Positions 14,229 through 26,545 of a stretch of 64,000 bases of DNA are shown here, one piece after another. A model generated the notes under the pieces. It was given only the letters and a program-made list of their open reading frames with translations, was not told the DNA's origin and searched no databases. A program made the translations under genes and the position numbers. The DNA is taken from the NCBI GenBank assembly GCA_951406725.2, contig OX597816.1:77376001-77440000 (forward strand), in the 5' to 3' direction. The stretch is from Octopus vulgaris. Taxonomy: Eukaryota. The first letter of the stretch is position 1; each line of letters starts with the position of its first letter.

Positions 14229-15180
14229 CAGTGGATGGCATGCAAATACTTATGAATCGTATTTCTGCTTCTTGCAAGGCATTTGGACTCAGCATTAGCC
14301 TGGACAATTCTGTTGTAATGTTCCAGCCTGCACCAGGAAATCCATATGTGGAATCAGCTACCTTGGTTGAAGGAACAATTCTGAAAGTGGTAGACAAGTT
14401 TGTCTATCTGGGCAGCACACTCAGCCGTTCTTGCTCCCTAGATGATGAAATATCTTTCAGGCTGCAAAGAGCAACAAATTCCTTCCGGTCTCTTCAGTCT
14501 CGTGTCTGGTCCCAGCAGACATCACAAAGCAAACAAAATTTTCTGTGTACTGTGCATGTGTACTGACATCGTTCCTTTACCCATGTGAGACATGGACCCT
14601 TTACAAACGTCATGTAAAGGTCCTTGAACGCTTTCATCAGAGATGTCTCAGACTCATTCTGAATATTGGCTGGACCTTTAAACTCCAGACACAGGTCCTG
14701 AGGACAGCTGATATCTTGGGTATTGAGGTGATGGTGCACCAGCACCGGTTACGTTGGACTGGACACCCTATTAAAATGAAGGATAGCAGGATCCCTAAGC
14801 AGATATTATATGGGAACTTGTGAATGGAAAGAGACCCCGGCAGAAACCAAGGCTGCGATTTAAGGACTGTGTCAAGTTTTCATTAAAGGCCAGTGATATG
14901 CAGTAAACTAACGGGGAGAGCAATACCTATCATCGCCACAGATGGAGGAAGCAGGTTAAGGAGAGGGTCGACACTTTTGGGAGAGCACGTATTCTGCATG
15001 AAGAACTTAAGCGCACTGCTGGTGTAGTGAATGGGGAAAACTTGGTTTGCAATGTTTGCAGTCGTGTATGCTTGTCAAGAGCCGGGCTCATTAGCCACCA
15101 ACGGAACCGCAAATGCAAAATATACGTTAGTCATAGAGCGCACAATGTTCCTGAAGGTCAGCAATGATCTTCCCGATCAC
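14229..15180 (+). mobile_element. 5'-truncated RTE/BovB-like LINE fragment
   Basis: FGLSISL, VDKFVYLGSTLS, ETWTLY, ERFHQRCLR, RLRWTGH and a C-terminal CxxC..SRAGLISH zinc finger, with frameshifts. Confidence 0.9.
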
Positions 15181-15639
15181 GAATTTATACAATTTATAAA
15201 CAAGGGCAGGAATACTTTCACACAGTTCCACTCACAAGGCATTGATTGACCCGGGACTATCGTAGTGAGACTGAATCCGAAACTACTTGGATGCAAACGA
15301 AACATTAGCTGCATAAATAAACACTTGCATAAATGAAATGAAATAACTTCATCAGAGAATAGAGACCTAATTTTTTCAGTAGATATGACAAGGCTTTGCA
15401 TCTACTCTACGAAAAAAGGTTATATAATGAAACGAAATTATTATATGATGTACAAGGTAGTTCAAAAGTCTCTCCAACAATGTTATAAAGCGGCTGATAG
15501 CTGAGGTCAGTTCAGTTTCTCGACGTAGTGCTTGTCTCTTCCTCTCTCTATCACTCCCTCACATGTCCTACCTTACATACATCAATGTGTGTATATGTGT
15601 CTGTACGCGCACGCGTGTGTTTGTATGTATATATGTATG

Positions 15640-15696
<57 letters not shown>

Positions 15697-16048
15697 TTTA
15701 TAATTCTCTCTTACAGTATTTACATCTGCTCCATATGTCTATCGATCTGGTCTTCGATCGCCATGCTATATATCTAGATATCTTTGGTGTAGTCAGCAAA
15801 AACCTTGGAGGATACAAACCTTGGTATCTTCAGTTTAAAAATAAAATATTTTAGTTCGAATCCTATCTAAGACTATGTACGTTTCTAGGAGTAAAACTAC
15901 TGGTTAAAAATCGTAGATCAAACCGATGAAACGATGTGCGAATGTAAATTTTATTAAAAACATTTTTTTTCCCCCCTAAAAGAGGTTAATACGTTCGAAA
16001 TATTATGATCTTTCATTAATTAAGAATTATTTTATAATCATTTTCCAG

Positions 16049-16202
16049 TTGATGATGATGTCCAATCAACTAATGCTTTGAAAACTAACTTACGGAAAAG
16101 TGCTGCCAAGAAACGTCAGCGCAAGCAATCACCTCCAAACCAAACCAAACCAGACGACGAGAAGAATAAAAAGGACATAGAAGATAATAAAAAATCAGTT
16201 CG
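16049..16202 (+). CDS. Otop: Otopetrin exon, cytosolic N-terminus (DDDVQSTNALKTNLRKSAAKKRQRK...KKSVR)
   Basis: ttttccag acceptor and cg|gtatgg donor; open frame. The phase-2 end joins the phase-2 start of the TM1 exon (cg+t=Arg). Confidence 0.75.
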
Positions 16203-16216
16203 GTATGGAAATATAA

Positions 16217-16217
16217 T

Positions 16218-16282
<65 letters not shown>

Positions 16283-16316
16283 TAATAATAATAATAATAA
16301 TAATGATAATAATAAC

Positions 16317-16358
<42 letters not shown>
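16217..16358. repeat. (AAT)n microsatellite immediately after an exon donor
   Basis: About 47 AAT units with few interruptions. Confidence 0.98.
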
Positions 16359-16360
<2 letters not shown>

Positions 16361-16899
16361 CCCTGATGCAGTACCTGGCAGTGACCTTCATGGTTTCTCA
16401 TCCTAACTGATTGGAAGTTTTATCATGTACATTGTTTTGTCTTGGAGTAAAATATGGGCTATAGCAATTTTCAGTTGTTTGACCTTAACCAGTTGAGCTT
16501 GTCCCTTAGTGGATGACGATATGTGCATCTCTGATCATGAGAAGTAGTGGAGGAGCACCATGGCTATGTGTTGAGAGGGATTCTTTGGGGTTTGAATAAT
16601 TCACCGCTGGAAATATGAGTGTTTCGTTCAACATCCTTAAACAACCTTTATTCAAGGACCTTTTGAGTGGGATGGGCTACTCAACCTGAAGAAAATTCTA
16701 ACTGGGCCCCACCTGCAAGGTCATGTGCTGTTTATCTTGATATGAAATCACCATACCGCGCACATATGGTTGTGATGCATATGCCTAGTGTACCTTTATC
16801 AGACGGGTAGTCATGATGGGTATACTGGGCTTCGTATATTTTACCCCAGTGCCACTTTGATGGCATGCACTGCTCTCTCACACAATAATAATAATAATA
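16359..16899 (+). mobile_element. Interspersed retroelement-like insertion flanked by (AAT)n
   Basis: More GC-balanced segment of about 525 bp that begins in the (AAT)n tract and ends in an (AAT)n tail; no coding motif recognised. Confidence 0.5.
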
Positions 16900-16929
16900 T
16901 AAGTCATTTTTGACAAATATTGCTTGCTT

Positions 16930-17325
16930 CATGGTATTGCTTGATGAGGCTGGGGTCATCCCAAGTTAGTGGTCCCGGGGGTGCCATCGTGAGTAGTGCC
17001 GACCAGGTCTACCAGTGTCCTTCATCACTGGCGGTCCTTCAAGATGACGTAGAGCTTCTTGAGATATTCCTTAATCACGTCCAGCCATCTAGTTCGGAGC
17101 CTACTATGGGGTCTTTCATGGGCCTGCCATGGTGCCTGTTACAGTGCATGTCACAGTACCTGCCGTGGGGCCTCTTCCAGCCCGCAGTTACTGCGTCAAA
17201 TGATATTAAAGATCTGGTAAGATGATCTGGTGGGAGGCCGAGGACATGTCCGTACCAGCGCATGATGAATAGCTATGAAGTGAGAAGCTGCGAGGTGGTG
17301 CGTGCATGCACGCAGTTCTATGTTG
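16930..17325 (-). mobile_element. RTE-like LINE 3' fragment
   Basis: MRWYGHVLGLPPDH...GWKRPHGR matches the RxRWxGHVxR...WxRPRGRP C-terminal RT region. Confidence 0.75.
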
Positions 17326-17384
17326 ACAAATTTTACAAAAAATAAACGTTTTTTCTTAATTTGTTTCAGTTTGATTTTGCAAAG

Positions 17385-17429
<45 letters not shown>

Positions 17430-18104
17430 TGGACTGAGAAAATCCTAATGGCCACTGAGCGGTTCTTATAAATTTGATGCTCAGTTTTGCTTTTCATGGT
17501 ATTTGGTGGATTAGAGATGATTTACACTTGGTTCAGACGCCAGTCTTGTGGATATCATCAGACTCTTTGCTATGTATTCCCAACAACTTATGAGCAGTGA
17601 GACGTGTCAAGTCAAATGCACTACTGAAATACAATACATACATTAACAAATTTGAATCAAATTTCATCTGATCTAACTCGGCTGTTTTTCATTTTATGTC
17701 TGCAACAGTGGTTTTCAGATATTTTCGCAAATAAAAAATATATTGGTGTATTTTGAGAACACAGTTGAAAAATATAAAAATATTTTTATTTAAAGAAAGA
17801 AGTAATTCATAAATTTTAGCCTTTAAATATAAATAATGCTTTCTACTATAGGAACAAGGACTGAAATTTTGTAAGGGTAAGGTTAATCGATAACATTGAC
17901 CCCAGTCCTCAGCTAGTACTTATTTTACCGACTCCAATGAATAAAAGGCGAAGTCGACATCGGTGAAATTTGAACTCAAAATGCAAATACCGGAAAAGTT
18001 GCTGCTAAACATTCTTTTACTCAGTGCGGTAACTATTCTGCCAACTCGATACCCTCCTGTAAATAATAATATAAATTATAGGAGAGTATATAATATTCCT
18101 TTAT

Positions 18105-18316
18105 TCTTTTCTACTCTAGACACAAGGCCCGAAATTTTGGGGCAGGGGCAGTCGATTAAATCGACCCCAGTACGCAACTGGTACTTAATTTATCGACCCC
18201 GAAAGGACGAAAGGCAAAGTCAACCTCGGCGGAATTTGAACTCATAACGTAAAGACAGACGAAATACTGCTAAGCGTTTCGCCTAGCGTACTAACATTTC
18301 TGCTCGGCGCCGCCTT
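18105..18316 (-). mobile_element. SINE family B monomer
   Basis: Reverse complement of the family-B consensus seen elsewhere in the window. Confidence 0.85.
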
Positions 18317-18575
18317 ATAATACTTCTTTATTCAACGAATAAAACGTAAAATTTCACATTTTTTAAAAATATAGCAACTCCGTCATGCAGTACACTGGTG
18401 TGCCGCAACTCGCTGTACGAGAACGACTACCCCAAAGTTGTCCCATTACGATCTCTTTTCCTTTTCTCCTTTTCCTCTTTATATAATCTTAAAACCTTGC
18501 GTTTATGAAGGAAGGCAAAATAAGATGTTATTATACGCATGGTCCTTCAGTGAATACGTAAAATTTACATCGTAC

Positions 18576-18793
18576 AAGGCGGCGAGCTAGTAGAAACGTT
18601 AGCACGCCGGGCGAGATGCTTAGTAGTATTTCGTCTGTCTTTTCGTTCTGAGTTCAAATTCCACCGAGGTCGGCTTTGCCTTTCATCCTTTCGGGGGTCG
18701 ATAAATTAATTACCAGTTGCATACTGGGGTTGATCTACTCGACTGCCCCCACCTCCCCAAAAATTTTGGGCCTTGTGCCTAGAGTAGAAAAGA
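18576..18793 (+). mobile_element. SINE family B monomer
   Basis: Head, B-box-like motif, body and ccttgtgcctagagtagaaaaga tail. Confidence 0.88.
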
Positions 18794-19147
18794 AGAATTA
18801 TATTGAACAAATACATAACAAGGAGCTTGATTTTCCTGAAAGAGCAGCTAAATCTCCTTCCGATCCTACTGTCGTTTTAAAAAGGAATAGACATATTGGA
18901 TATTGTAATCTCATATGCAATATGTTTTAAAAACTTGTGATAGTCATAGGGTGAATATCTTTTCACCAAGAGTCTGTTCAAACAGGGAAAACTTTGGCGT
19001 AATAAACAAGAAATTGCTTTAATATGAAAAATTGAAGACGAACGTTTATGCACAACGTGATGTGCTAATGATATCATAATTACATAACATCATAATTATA
19101 TAATATCATGGCTATATAGGACTTGGCAGTGGGTGATAGAAAGGATT

Positions 19148-19750
19148 AAAGCGGCGAGCTAGCAGAAACGTTAGCACGCCGGACGAAATGCGTAGTCGTA
19201 TTTCGTCTGTCGTTACGTTGTGAGTTCAAATTCCGCCGAGGTCGACTTTACCTTTCATCCTTTCGGGGTCGATAAATTAAGTACCAGTTACGCACTGGGG
19301 TCGATGTAATCGACTTAATATCTATGTCTGTCCTTGTTTGTCCCCTCTATGTTTAGCCCCTCGTGGGTAATAAAGAAATAGGTATTTCGTCTGCCGTTAT
19401 GTTTTGAGTTCAAATTCCGCCGAGGTTGACTTTGCCTTTCATCCTTTCGGGGTCCATTAAATAAGTACCAGTTACGCACTGGGGTCGATATAATCGACTT
19501 AATCCGTTTGTCTGTTCTTGTTTGTCCTCTCTGTGTTTAGCCCCTTAGGGGTTGTAAAGAAATAGGTATTTCGCCTGCCGTTACGTTCTGAGTTCAAATT
19601 CTGCCGAGGTCGAGATTGCCTTTCATCCTTTCGGGATCGATAAATTAAGTACCAGTTACGCACTGGGGTCGATCTAATCGATTTAATCCCTTTGTCTATC
19701 CTTGTTTGCCCCCTCTATGTTTAGCCCTTTGTAGGCAATAAAGAAATAGG
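19148..19750 (+). mobile_element. SINE family B trimer (head plus 3 x 184-nt units), nested in an older family-B copy
   Basis: Unit starts at 19197, 19381 and 19565, ending about 19749; gaaaggat on both flanks. Confidence 0.9.
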
Positions 19751-20290
19751 AAAGGATAGAGCGTTGAATAAAATACTTTGACGTTTCGTTGTTATTCTAT
19801 ATTTTGAGTTTAAATCCTGCCTAGAAGATTTTGCCTTTCATCTTTCTGGTTTCGATTAACAATGTACCAATCCACTAACACTAGAACCTAGGGGATATGG
19901 CTGTAACTTTGACCGTAATACCCTTACATGGCCATTGTCCGTTGAAACTAGTAGAATAAAAATAATCATTCTTACGTTTGTAAATATCATTCTCAATCCT
20001 ACTTTAATAATATATCTCTCTTTTCTCTCTCTGTTCCTCTCCCTCTTCATTTTTCTCTTGACATAGAGAGAGGAGGAGAAGGGTGAAATCAACTTCATTA
20101 TACTTTAACAAACAAATTGAACTTTAAAGGAAAAATTATTTAAAAATTTAAAAATTTTAAGTCATAAATCGATATTATTGATAAATTGCTATGATTGAAA
20201 ACTGGCGAAAATTATAATTCTTTACTTTTTTTATATTTCTTTACTTTTTATAGTTTAAAACATTTATTTCGTCACTTCTTTGTTTTGCAG

Positions 20291-20405
20291 TGATGGTTTC
20301 TTCATCATACTCAGTGGAATGTACGGCCTACTACTGGTGGTGCTTGGTGCTGTGATACCAATTTCTGAAACTTTTGCAAATCTTGCGACCTTGTATTTCT
20401 TCGAT
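20291..20405 (+). CDS. Otop: Otopetrin exon, TM1 (DGFFIILSGMYGLLLVVLGAVIPISETF...)
   Basis: tgttttgcag acceptor and gat|gtatgt donor; LSGxYG motif typical of OTOP TM1; phases match neighbouring exons. Confidence 0.92.
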
Positions 20406-20810
20406 GTATGTATATTTTTATATCTTTAACATATATTTCAATCATCTTAGGTCTATGGCTGGTTGTATTTTCTTTCAGTGATATATTAGAATATTAAAAT
20501 ACCGTTTTGTTCATCAACTATAATTTCCTTTAAGATATGTTGTATTGTGCAAATGCTATTAAATCAATGTAAGGCGGTGAGCCGGCAGAAACGTTAGCCG
20601 GGCAAAAATACTTAGCGGTATTTCGTCTGCCGAGGTTGACTTTGCCTTTCATCCTTTCGGGGTCGATAAATTAAATAATAGTTGCGTACTGGGGTCGACC
20701 TAATTGACTGGCCCGCTCCACAAAAATTTGGGGCTTTGTGCCTAGATTAGAAAAGGTTATAAAACCAATGTACAAATATATCCAATATAGATAAAGAACA
20801 ATATTTGACC

Positions 20811-21170
20811 CAAGGTGGCAAACGGCAGATTCGTTACCGCGCCGGGCGAAATGCTTAACGGTACTTCGTCTGCCGCTACGTTCTGAGTTCACATTCCGCC
20901 GGGGTCGACTTTGCCGTTCATCCTTTCGGGGTCGATTAAATAAGTACCAGTTACGCACTGGGGTCGATATAATCGACTTAATCTGTTTTTCTGTCCTTGT
21001 TTGTTCTCTCTGTGCTTAGCCCCTTGTGGGTAGTAAAGAAATAGGTATTTCTTTTGTCTTTACGTTCAGAGTTCAAATACCGCCGATGTCGACTTTGCTT
21101 TCATCCTTTCGAAGTCGATAAAATATGTACCAGCTGAGCACTGGGGTGTAATCGACTTAGCCGCTTCCCC
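20811..21170 (+). mobile_element. SINE family B dimer
   Basis: Two bodies joined at aagaaata|ggtatttc. Confidence 0.85.
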
Positions 21171-21641
21171 GAAATTGCTTAATTTCCACCCCAACCCGCC
21201 CACTTTCAGAAAAGAAGAAAGTCATTGGATCTATCTCCTCTATCTTGTACATTTATTTTTAAAAACAAAGTTGAAACCGATATTTATTTGTCGCAGAGAG
21301 TAGTCAATTGGCCAGATCAGTAAAATAGTTGGCAAATTAATTACGATATATAGACAGAGCTCTTTATTTTCCTAATTCAAACCGAGTCAACTTTACCTTT
21401 CATTCTCCCAGGGTTGCTAAAACACCCTAGTTAAGTACTGGAGATCAACATATTGGACTACACGTTTTTCCCTACATATGAGGCCGTTTTAGGGAGAGGC
21501 GGAGAGTTTCGACAAAATTAGAAATGAATATATTATTTATTTCGTGCACAATTACGATAAATAGAGCCTGTTGTTTGACTTTCTACTGCCAAAAATATCC
21601 ATCAATGTGATATAGGATCTAGGGATTAAGAAAGTTGGGAA

Positions 21642-22045
21642 ATAGGTGCAGACGTGGCTGTGTGGTAAGAAGCTTACTTTCCAACCACATGGTACCGGGT
21701 TCAGTCCCACAGCATGGCACCTTGAACAAGTGTTTTCTACTATAGAGTCGGAACGACCATAGCCTCGTGAGTGGATTTGGTAGACGGTAACTGATAGAAG
21801 GCCGTCGTACATATATATATATATGTATGTATATCTATATGTGTGTGTGTGTCTTTGAGTCTGTGTTTGTCCACCACCATCGCTTGATAACTGGTGCTTG
21901 TGTGCTTACGTCCCTGTAACTTAACGGTTCGGTAAAAGAGACGGATAGAATAAGTACCAGGCTTAAAAATAACTACTGGAGTCGATTCATTCGACTAAAA
22001 ATTCTTCAAGGCCAGGCCCCACCATGGCCGCAGTCTAATGACTGT
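21642..22045 (+). mobile_element. SINE family A (tRNA-like head, internal TA/TG microsatellite)
   Basis: Box A-like tggctgtgtggt and box B-like ggttcagtccc; same body as 35975-36380. Confidence 0.88.
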
Positions 22046-22301
22046 AACAAGTAAAAGAAAAGAAATATATAGGAATTACGACGTTTATACATCTTATCGT
22101 ATTCTATTGATTCGCAGTTGATGTTTCACTTCACTTGAAATTGCTCGAGTTCCACCCCAACCCACCCACTTTCGGAAAAGAAGAAAGTCATTGGGTCTAT
22201 CTCCTCTGTCTTGTACATTTATTTTTCAAAACAAACAATATTCTTGTGGGCATTGCACTATGGGCATCTGTTGCTGTTATTGATGTGTGTATGTGTGAAT
22301 A

Positions 22302-22332
<31 letters not shown>

Positions 22333-22786
22333 AAGAGAGTGTGTGTGCCTGTGAGCATATGCGTGTGTGAGAGAGAGAGTGTGTGCCTGTGTGAATGTGT
22401 GTGTGTGTGTGTGTGTGTGTGTGATTATGTGTGTGAGCGTGTATGATGATAAATGAAAATTGATAGAGACACTGTTCAAATTATGTTAAGCATGTTTCCA
22501 TAGAATCGTTATTTATTTGGTCATTAATGTATTATTCTTTATTATTTTATTATTTTATTCTTTTTTGTGCCAGTCATTTGAATGCGGCCATGCTGGAGCA
22601 CCACCTTTAGTCGAACAAATCGACTTATTCTGTCGGTCTCTTTTGCCGAACCGCTAGTAGACACGCCACCATCGGATGTCAAGCGGACGGTTGATGTCTG
22701 TAGTTATTATCAGTGTATTTTGGCGATTTAAATAAAAGTTTTGACTGCTATTTTCAGCAGGTAGACATACTTAATATGTCCTTTGA

Positions 22787-22838
<52 letters not shown>

Positions 22839-22953
22839 CGGGCTTCTTTCAGTTTCCGTCTACCAAATCCACTCACAAGGCTTTGGTCGGCCCGAGGCTA
22901 TAGTAGAAAACACTTGCCCAGGTATCCTGGTATGACAGGTATCCTGATGTGTG

Positions 22954-22999
<46 letters not shown>

Positions 23000-23589
23000 T
23001 ACCTATATGTATATAAGTAATTTTTTGGACTTTGGGTATATATCTATTAGTATGCCGATAAAAGCATATTCACCGTTTGGGCTACCTGATGTCATCCACA
23101 GTTACAGTATAATTTTCATTGGATCTACGTCAGTTATCCCGCAGTGTTCGTTTAGTTTAGAACTGATGAGGGAAACAGAAAATGGGTTTGGTACGAAACA
23201 AGATTCGCAGCAAATACATGGTCAAATGTCTTCTACTATAGCCCTCGGGCCGACCAAAGCCTTGAGTGGATTTGGTAGACGGAAACTGAAAGAAGCCCAT
23301 CGTGTATATATATATATATTTATATATATATATAATCAAAGGAATGCTAAGTATGTCTACCTGCTGAAAATAACAGTCAAAACTCTTATTTAAATTGCCG
23401 AAATACACTGATAATAACTACAGAAATCAACCGTCCGAAGGCAAACGGGCTTAGAATTATCTCTCAGCATACATTCAAGTATTTCAAGTATTTTTAAATT
23501 GTTACACTAGATAATAATAGAGTCAATGATATCTTCGCAAATTATTTTTCCTCTCGAATTTTCTCGTGAAAAATGTGCTCCGTATGTGT

Positions 23590-23626
<37 letters not shown>

Positions 23627-23862
23627 TGTGTTTGTCCGACATCGCTTGACAACCGATGTTTGTATGTCTACGTCCCCTTAACTTAACGGTTCGGCAAAAG
23701 AGCACGATAGAATAAGTACTAGGCTTACAAAGAATAAGTCCGAGGGTCGATTCGTTCGACTAAAGGCGGTGCTCCAGCATGGCCGCAATCAACTGACTGA
23801 AACAGGTAAAGTAATAAAAGAAAGAATATATATATATTTACATACATATACGTATATATGTT

Positions 23863-23914
<52 letters not shown>

Positions 23915-23965
23915 ATTACATACATATATACATATATATGCATAAATATATATATATATCATATG

Positions 23966-24812
23966 TAATCCACTTTGGAAAAGAGGATGCCCTGAAACTC
24001 CCATACTCCCTTCCTTCAGGTGAAACTCTCGTGGCGTCCAACAACATCAGAGACTTGGGAGTAATTGTGGACAACAACATAAGCTGGGCCACTCATATAA
24101 ATACCAAAGTTGACATGGCCCGCAGAATGTGTTCCTGGATTCTCAGAACTTTCAAGTCGAGAGTTATCCACACCATTATCCTTCTCTTCTCCACTTTTGC
24201 CCGACCCCACCTTGAATACTGTTGTCCACTGTGGTCTCCCCACACAATACAAGGTATCATAAAAGTTGAAGCACCTCAAAGGGCAATCACAAAAAAGATA
24301 GATGGCATGACAGGCCCCGACTATCAGGGTCGACTAGAAAAGCTAAAACTCTATTCTCTCCAACGTCGTCGTGAGCGCTACATCATCTGCATGATGTGGA
24401 AAATATTCCATCAGCATTGCCCAAATGATGTTGGCATCACCTTTAAGGTACATCCAAGGCTTGGGCCCCGTGCCATCCGCCCAAAACAAAAATCGCACTC
24501 TCATCTCATAACAACAATACGGCACAATTATTTCACCTCAATTGAAACCCGCTCTCTTTAACATTACACCAAAACACATTAAAACAGAAACTGACCCTAT
24601 AGGGTTCAAGAAGTCTTTGGACAGATTCCTTCAAGAAATCCCGGATAAACCCCCTACACCCGGATATGTCTCTGTAAACAATAACTCTCTACTTGAGTGG
24701 GCCATAGTGCCCAAATTCTGACTTGAAAGACTTCACCAGGTGGTGCTATTAAGTTAGACATGGCCTGGGCCAATAATGGCCGAAACCTATCAAAGTATCA
24801 AAGTATCAAAGT
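23966..24812 (+). mobile_element. 5'-truncated CR1-clade LINE (RT C-terminus plus 3' UTR) in an otopetrin intron
   Basis: RDLGVIVD, RPHLEYCCPLWSPH, QRAITKKI and RLEKLKLYSLQRRRER; 3' octamer tail (tatcaaag)3. Confidence 0.92.
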
Positions 24813-24977
24813 ACATGTGTGCGTGTGTGTGTAAACTGTTTCTTTCATTTTAATTTTCATTCAAATTTTTTCTCGATAATTTAAAATTTTAAATCTCACC
24901 TATAGCTATGCCACGATCACCATGTTAGCTCCTGCTTTTATTTAATCCTAATCTGTTTCGTTTTGTTCTCTTCCCAG

Positions 24978-25242
24978 GCCTTCTACATATATCTGTATAT
25001 CGGAAGTTGCCTTTTCATACTTTATGTTTACACGTTCCTTCTACGACGCAACACAAAAACTATGGGCCATCGGTTCTCATTCTATCGCCAATGGTCACGC
25101 TCTCTAAATCGTTCTTGGTCGTTTGGAAAACGACCGGAGAAAAACGGAGAGAGAAATGACGGAAGACACCGTCGCAATTTCACAACAGACGTAGCCCCGC
25201 ATAATCCCAACGGAAGTTTTTACCTTCGACTCGGTGCTATTG
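24978..25242 (+). CDS. Otop: Otopetrin exon, TM2 to start of TM3 (AFYIYLYIGS...GSFYLRLGAI)
   Basis: ttcccag acceptor and g|gtgagt donor; FYxYLY and GSFYLRxGA are hallmark invertebrate otopetrin motifs. Confidence 0.95.
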
Positions 25243-25414
25243 GTGAGTTATTGCTTAAATTTTGAAAGTTTCCTGTCAGAAATATTGCTTGCTTACACAA
25301 GTCTTTAGACTAGTGGTTCTCAACCGGGGTCCATATGGCCCATGGGGATCCATAGAAGATTTTCTTGTTAAAATTTATGTGCAATAAATTGTTTATAATT
25401 CGACAATAAACAAA

Positions 25415-26288
25415 ATAGGCGCAGGAGTGGCTATGTGGTAAGTAGCTTGCTTACCAACCACATGTTTCCGGGTTCAGTCCCACTGCGTGGCACCTTGGGC
25501 AAGTGTCTTGTACTATAGTCTCGGGCCGACCAAAGCCTTGTGAGTGGATTTGGTAGACGGAAACTGAAAAGAGCCCGTCGTATGTATATATGTATATATA
25601 TATATATATATACAAAATGAGAAAATGGAGAAACATACCTAAATCAATCATCAACCATTAGATGATATCCACTCAATACTTTATTAAACCATTACACAAC
25701 AGCAATGACATTATACATAATATATTACAAATATAACTAGACATAGAAATAGAAGTATTTTCTATTTCTATTTCTATGTCTAGTTATATTTGTAATATAT
25801 TATGTATAATGTCATTGCTGTTGTGTAATGGTTTAATAAAGTATTGAGTGGGTATTATCTAATGGTTGATGATTGATTTAGGTATGTTTCTCCATTTTCT
25901 CATTTTGTATTATTAATTTACGGTAATAATTTTACCCTTGCCCACATAATACAGTAGATTAATTAATTGCATCGCAATTTTTAACATTTATGTATTAGTT
26001 TTGTTGGGTACCTCTCTAGCAGTATATTGGATATATGTTATCCCATGGAGGGTTGAATTTACAACCCCTATCTCATTTTATAACTATATATATATATATA
26101 TATCTAATGTAGGATAAAACTTTTTTCGAAAAAAAATTCGTTTCCCAAAAAAATTTTATCAATTTTTATCGACCTTTTTTCGAGTAGCGTGCGGATTGTG
26201 AAAAAATTAATGATTAATGGACAATATGTCCAATTTTTCGGCATATTTGGCATTAGAAATTTTTTCGTTTGCCCTTATTTATGAATTG

Positions 26289-26335
<47 letters not shown>

Positions 26336-26545
26336 GTATGTATATGTTTGTGTTTGTTTCCCCCCCCCCAACATCGCTTGACAACAGATGCTGGTGTGTT
26401 TATGTCCCTGTGACTTAGCGGTTCGGCAAAAGAGACTGATAGAATAAGTACTAGGCTTACAAAGAATAAGTCCTGGGGTCGATTTGCTCGACTAAAGGCG
26501 GTGCCCCAGCATGGCTGCTGTCAAATGACTGAAACAAGTTAAAAA
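25415..26545 (+). mobile_element. SINE family A split by insertions in its internal (TA)n
   Basis: Head at 25415-25580 and tail at about 26345-26545 match the intact copy at 35975. Confidence 0.88.
25611..26085. repeat. Near-perfect hairpin (arms about 145 bp) plus a unique tail of about 175 bp, inserted in (TA)n
   Basis: 25611-25755 is the reverse complement of about 25765-25910 with about 3 mismatches and a very short loop. Confidence 0.92.

Noticed and set aside
19197-19750. CRISPR-like appearance of regularly spaced repeats
   Set aside because: Whole units repeat with no unique spacers; eukaryotic context with no cas genes.
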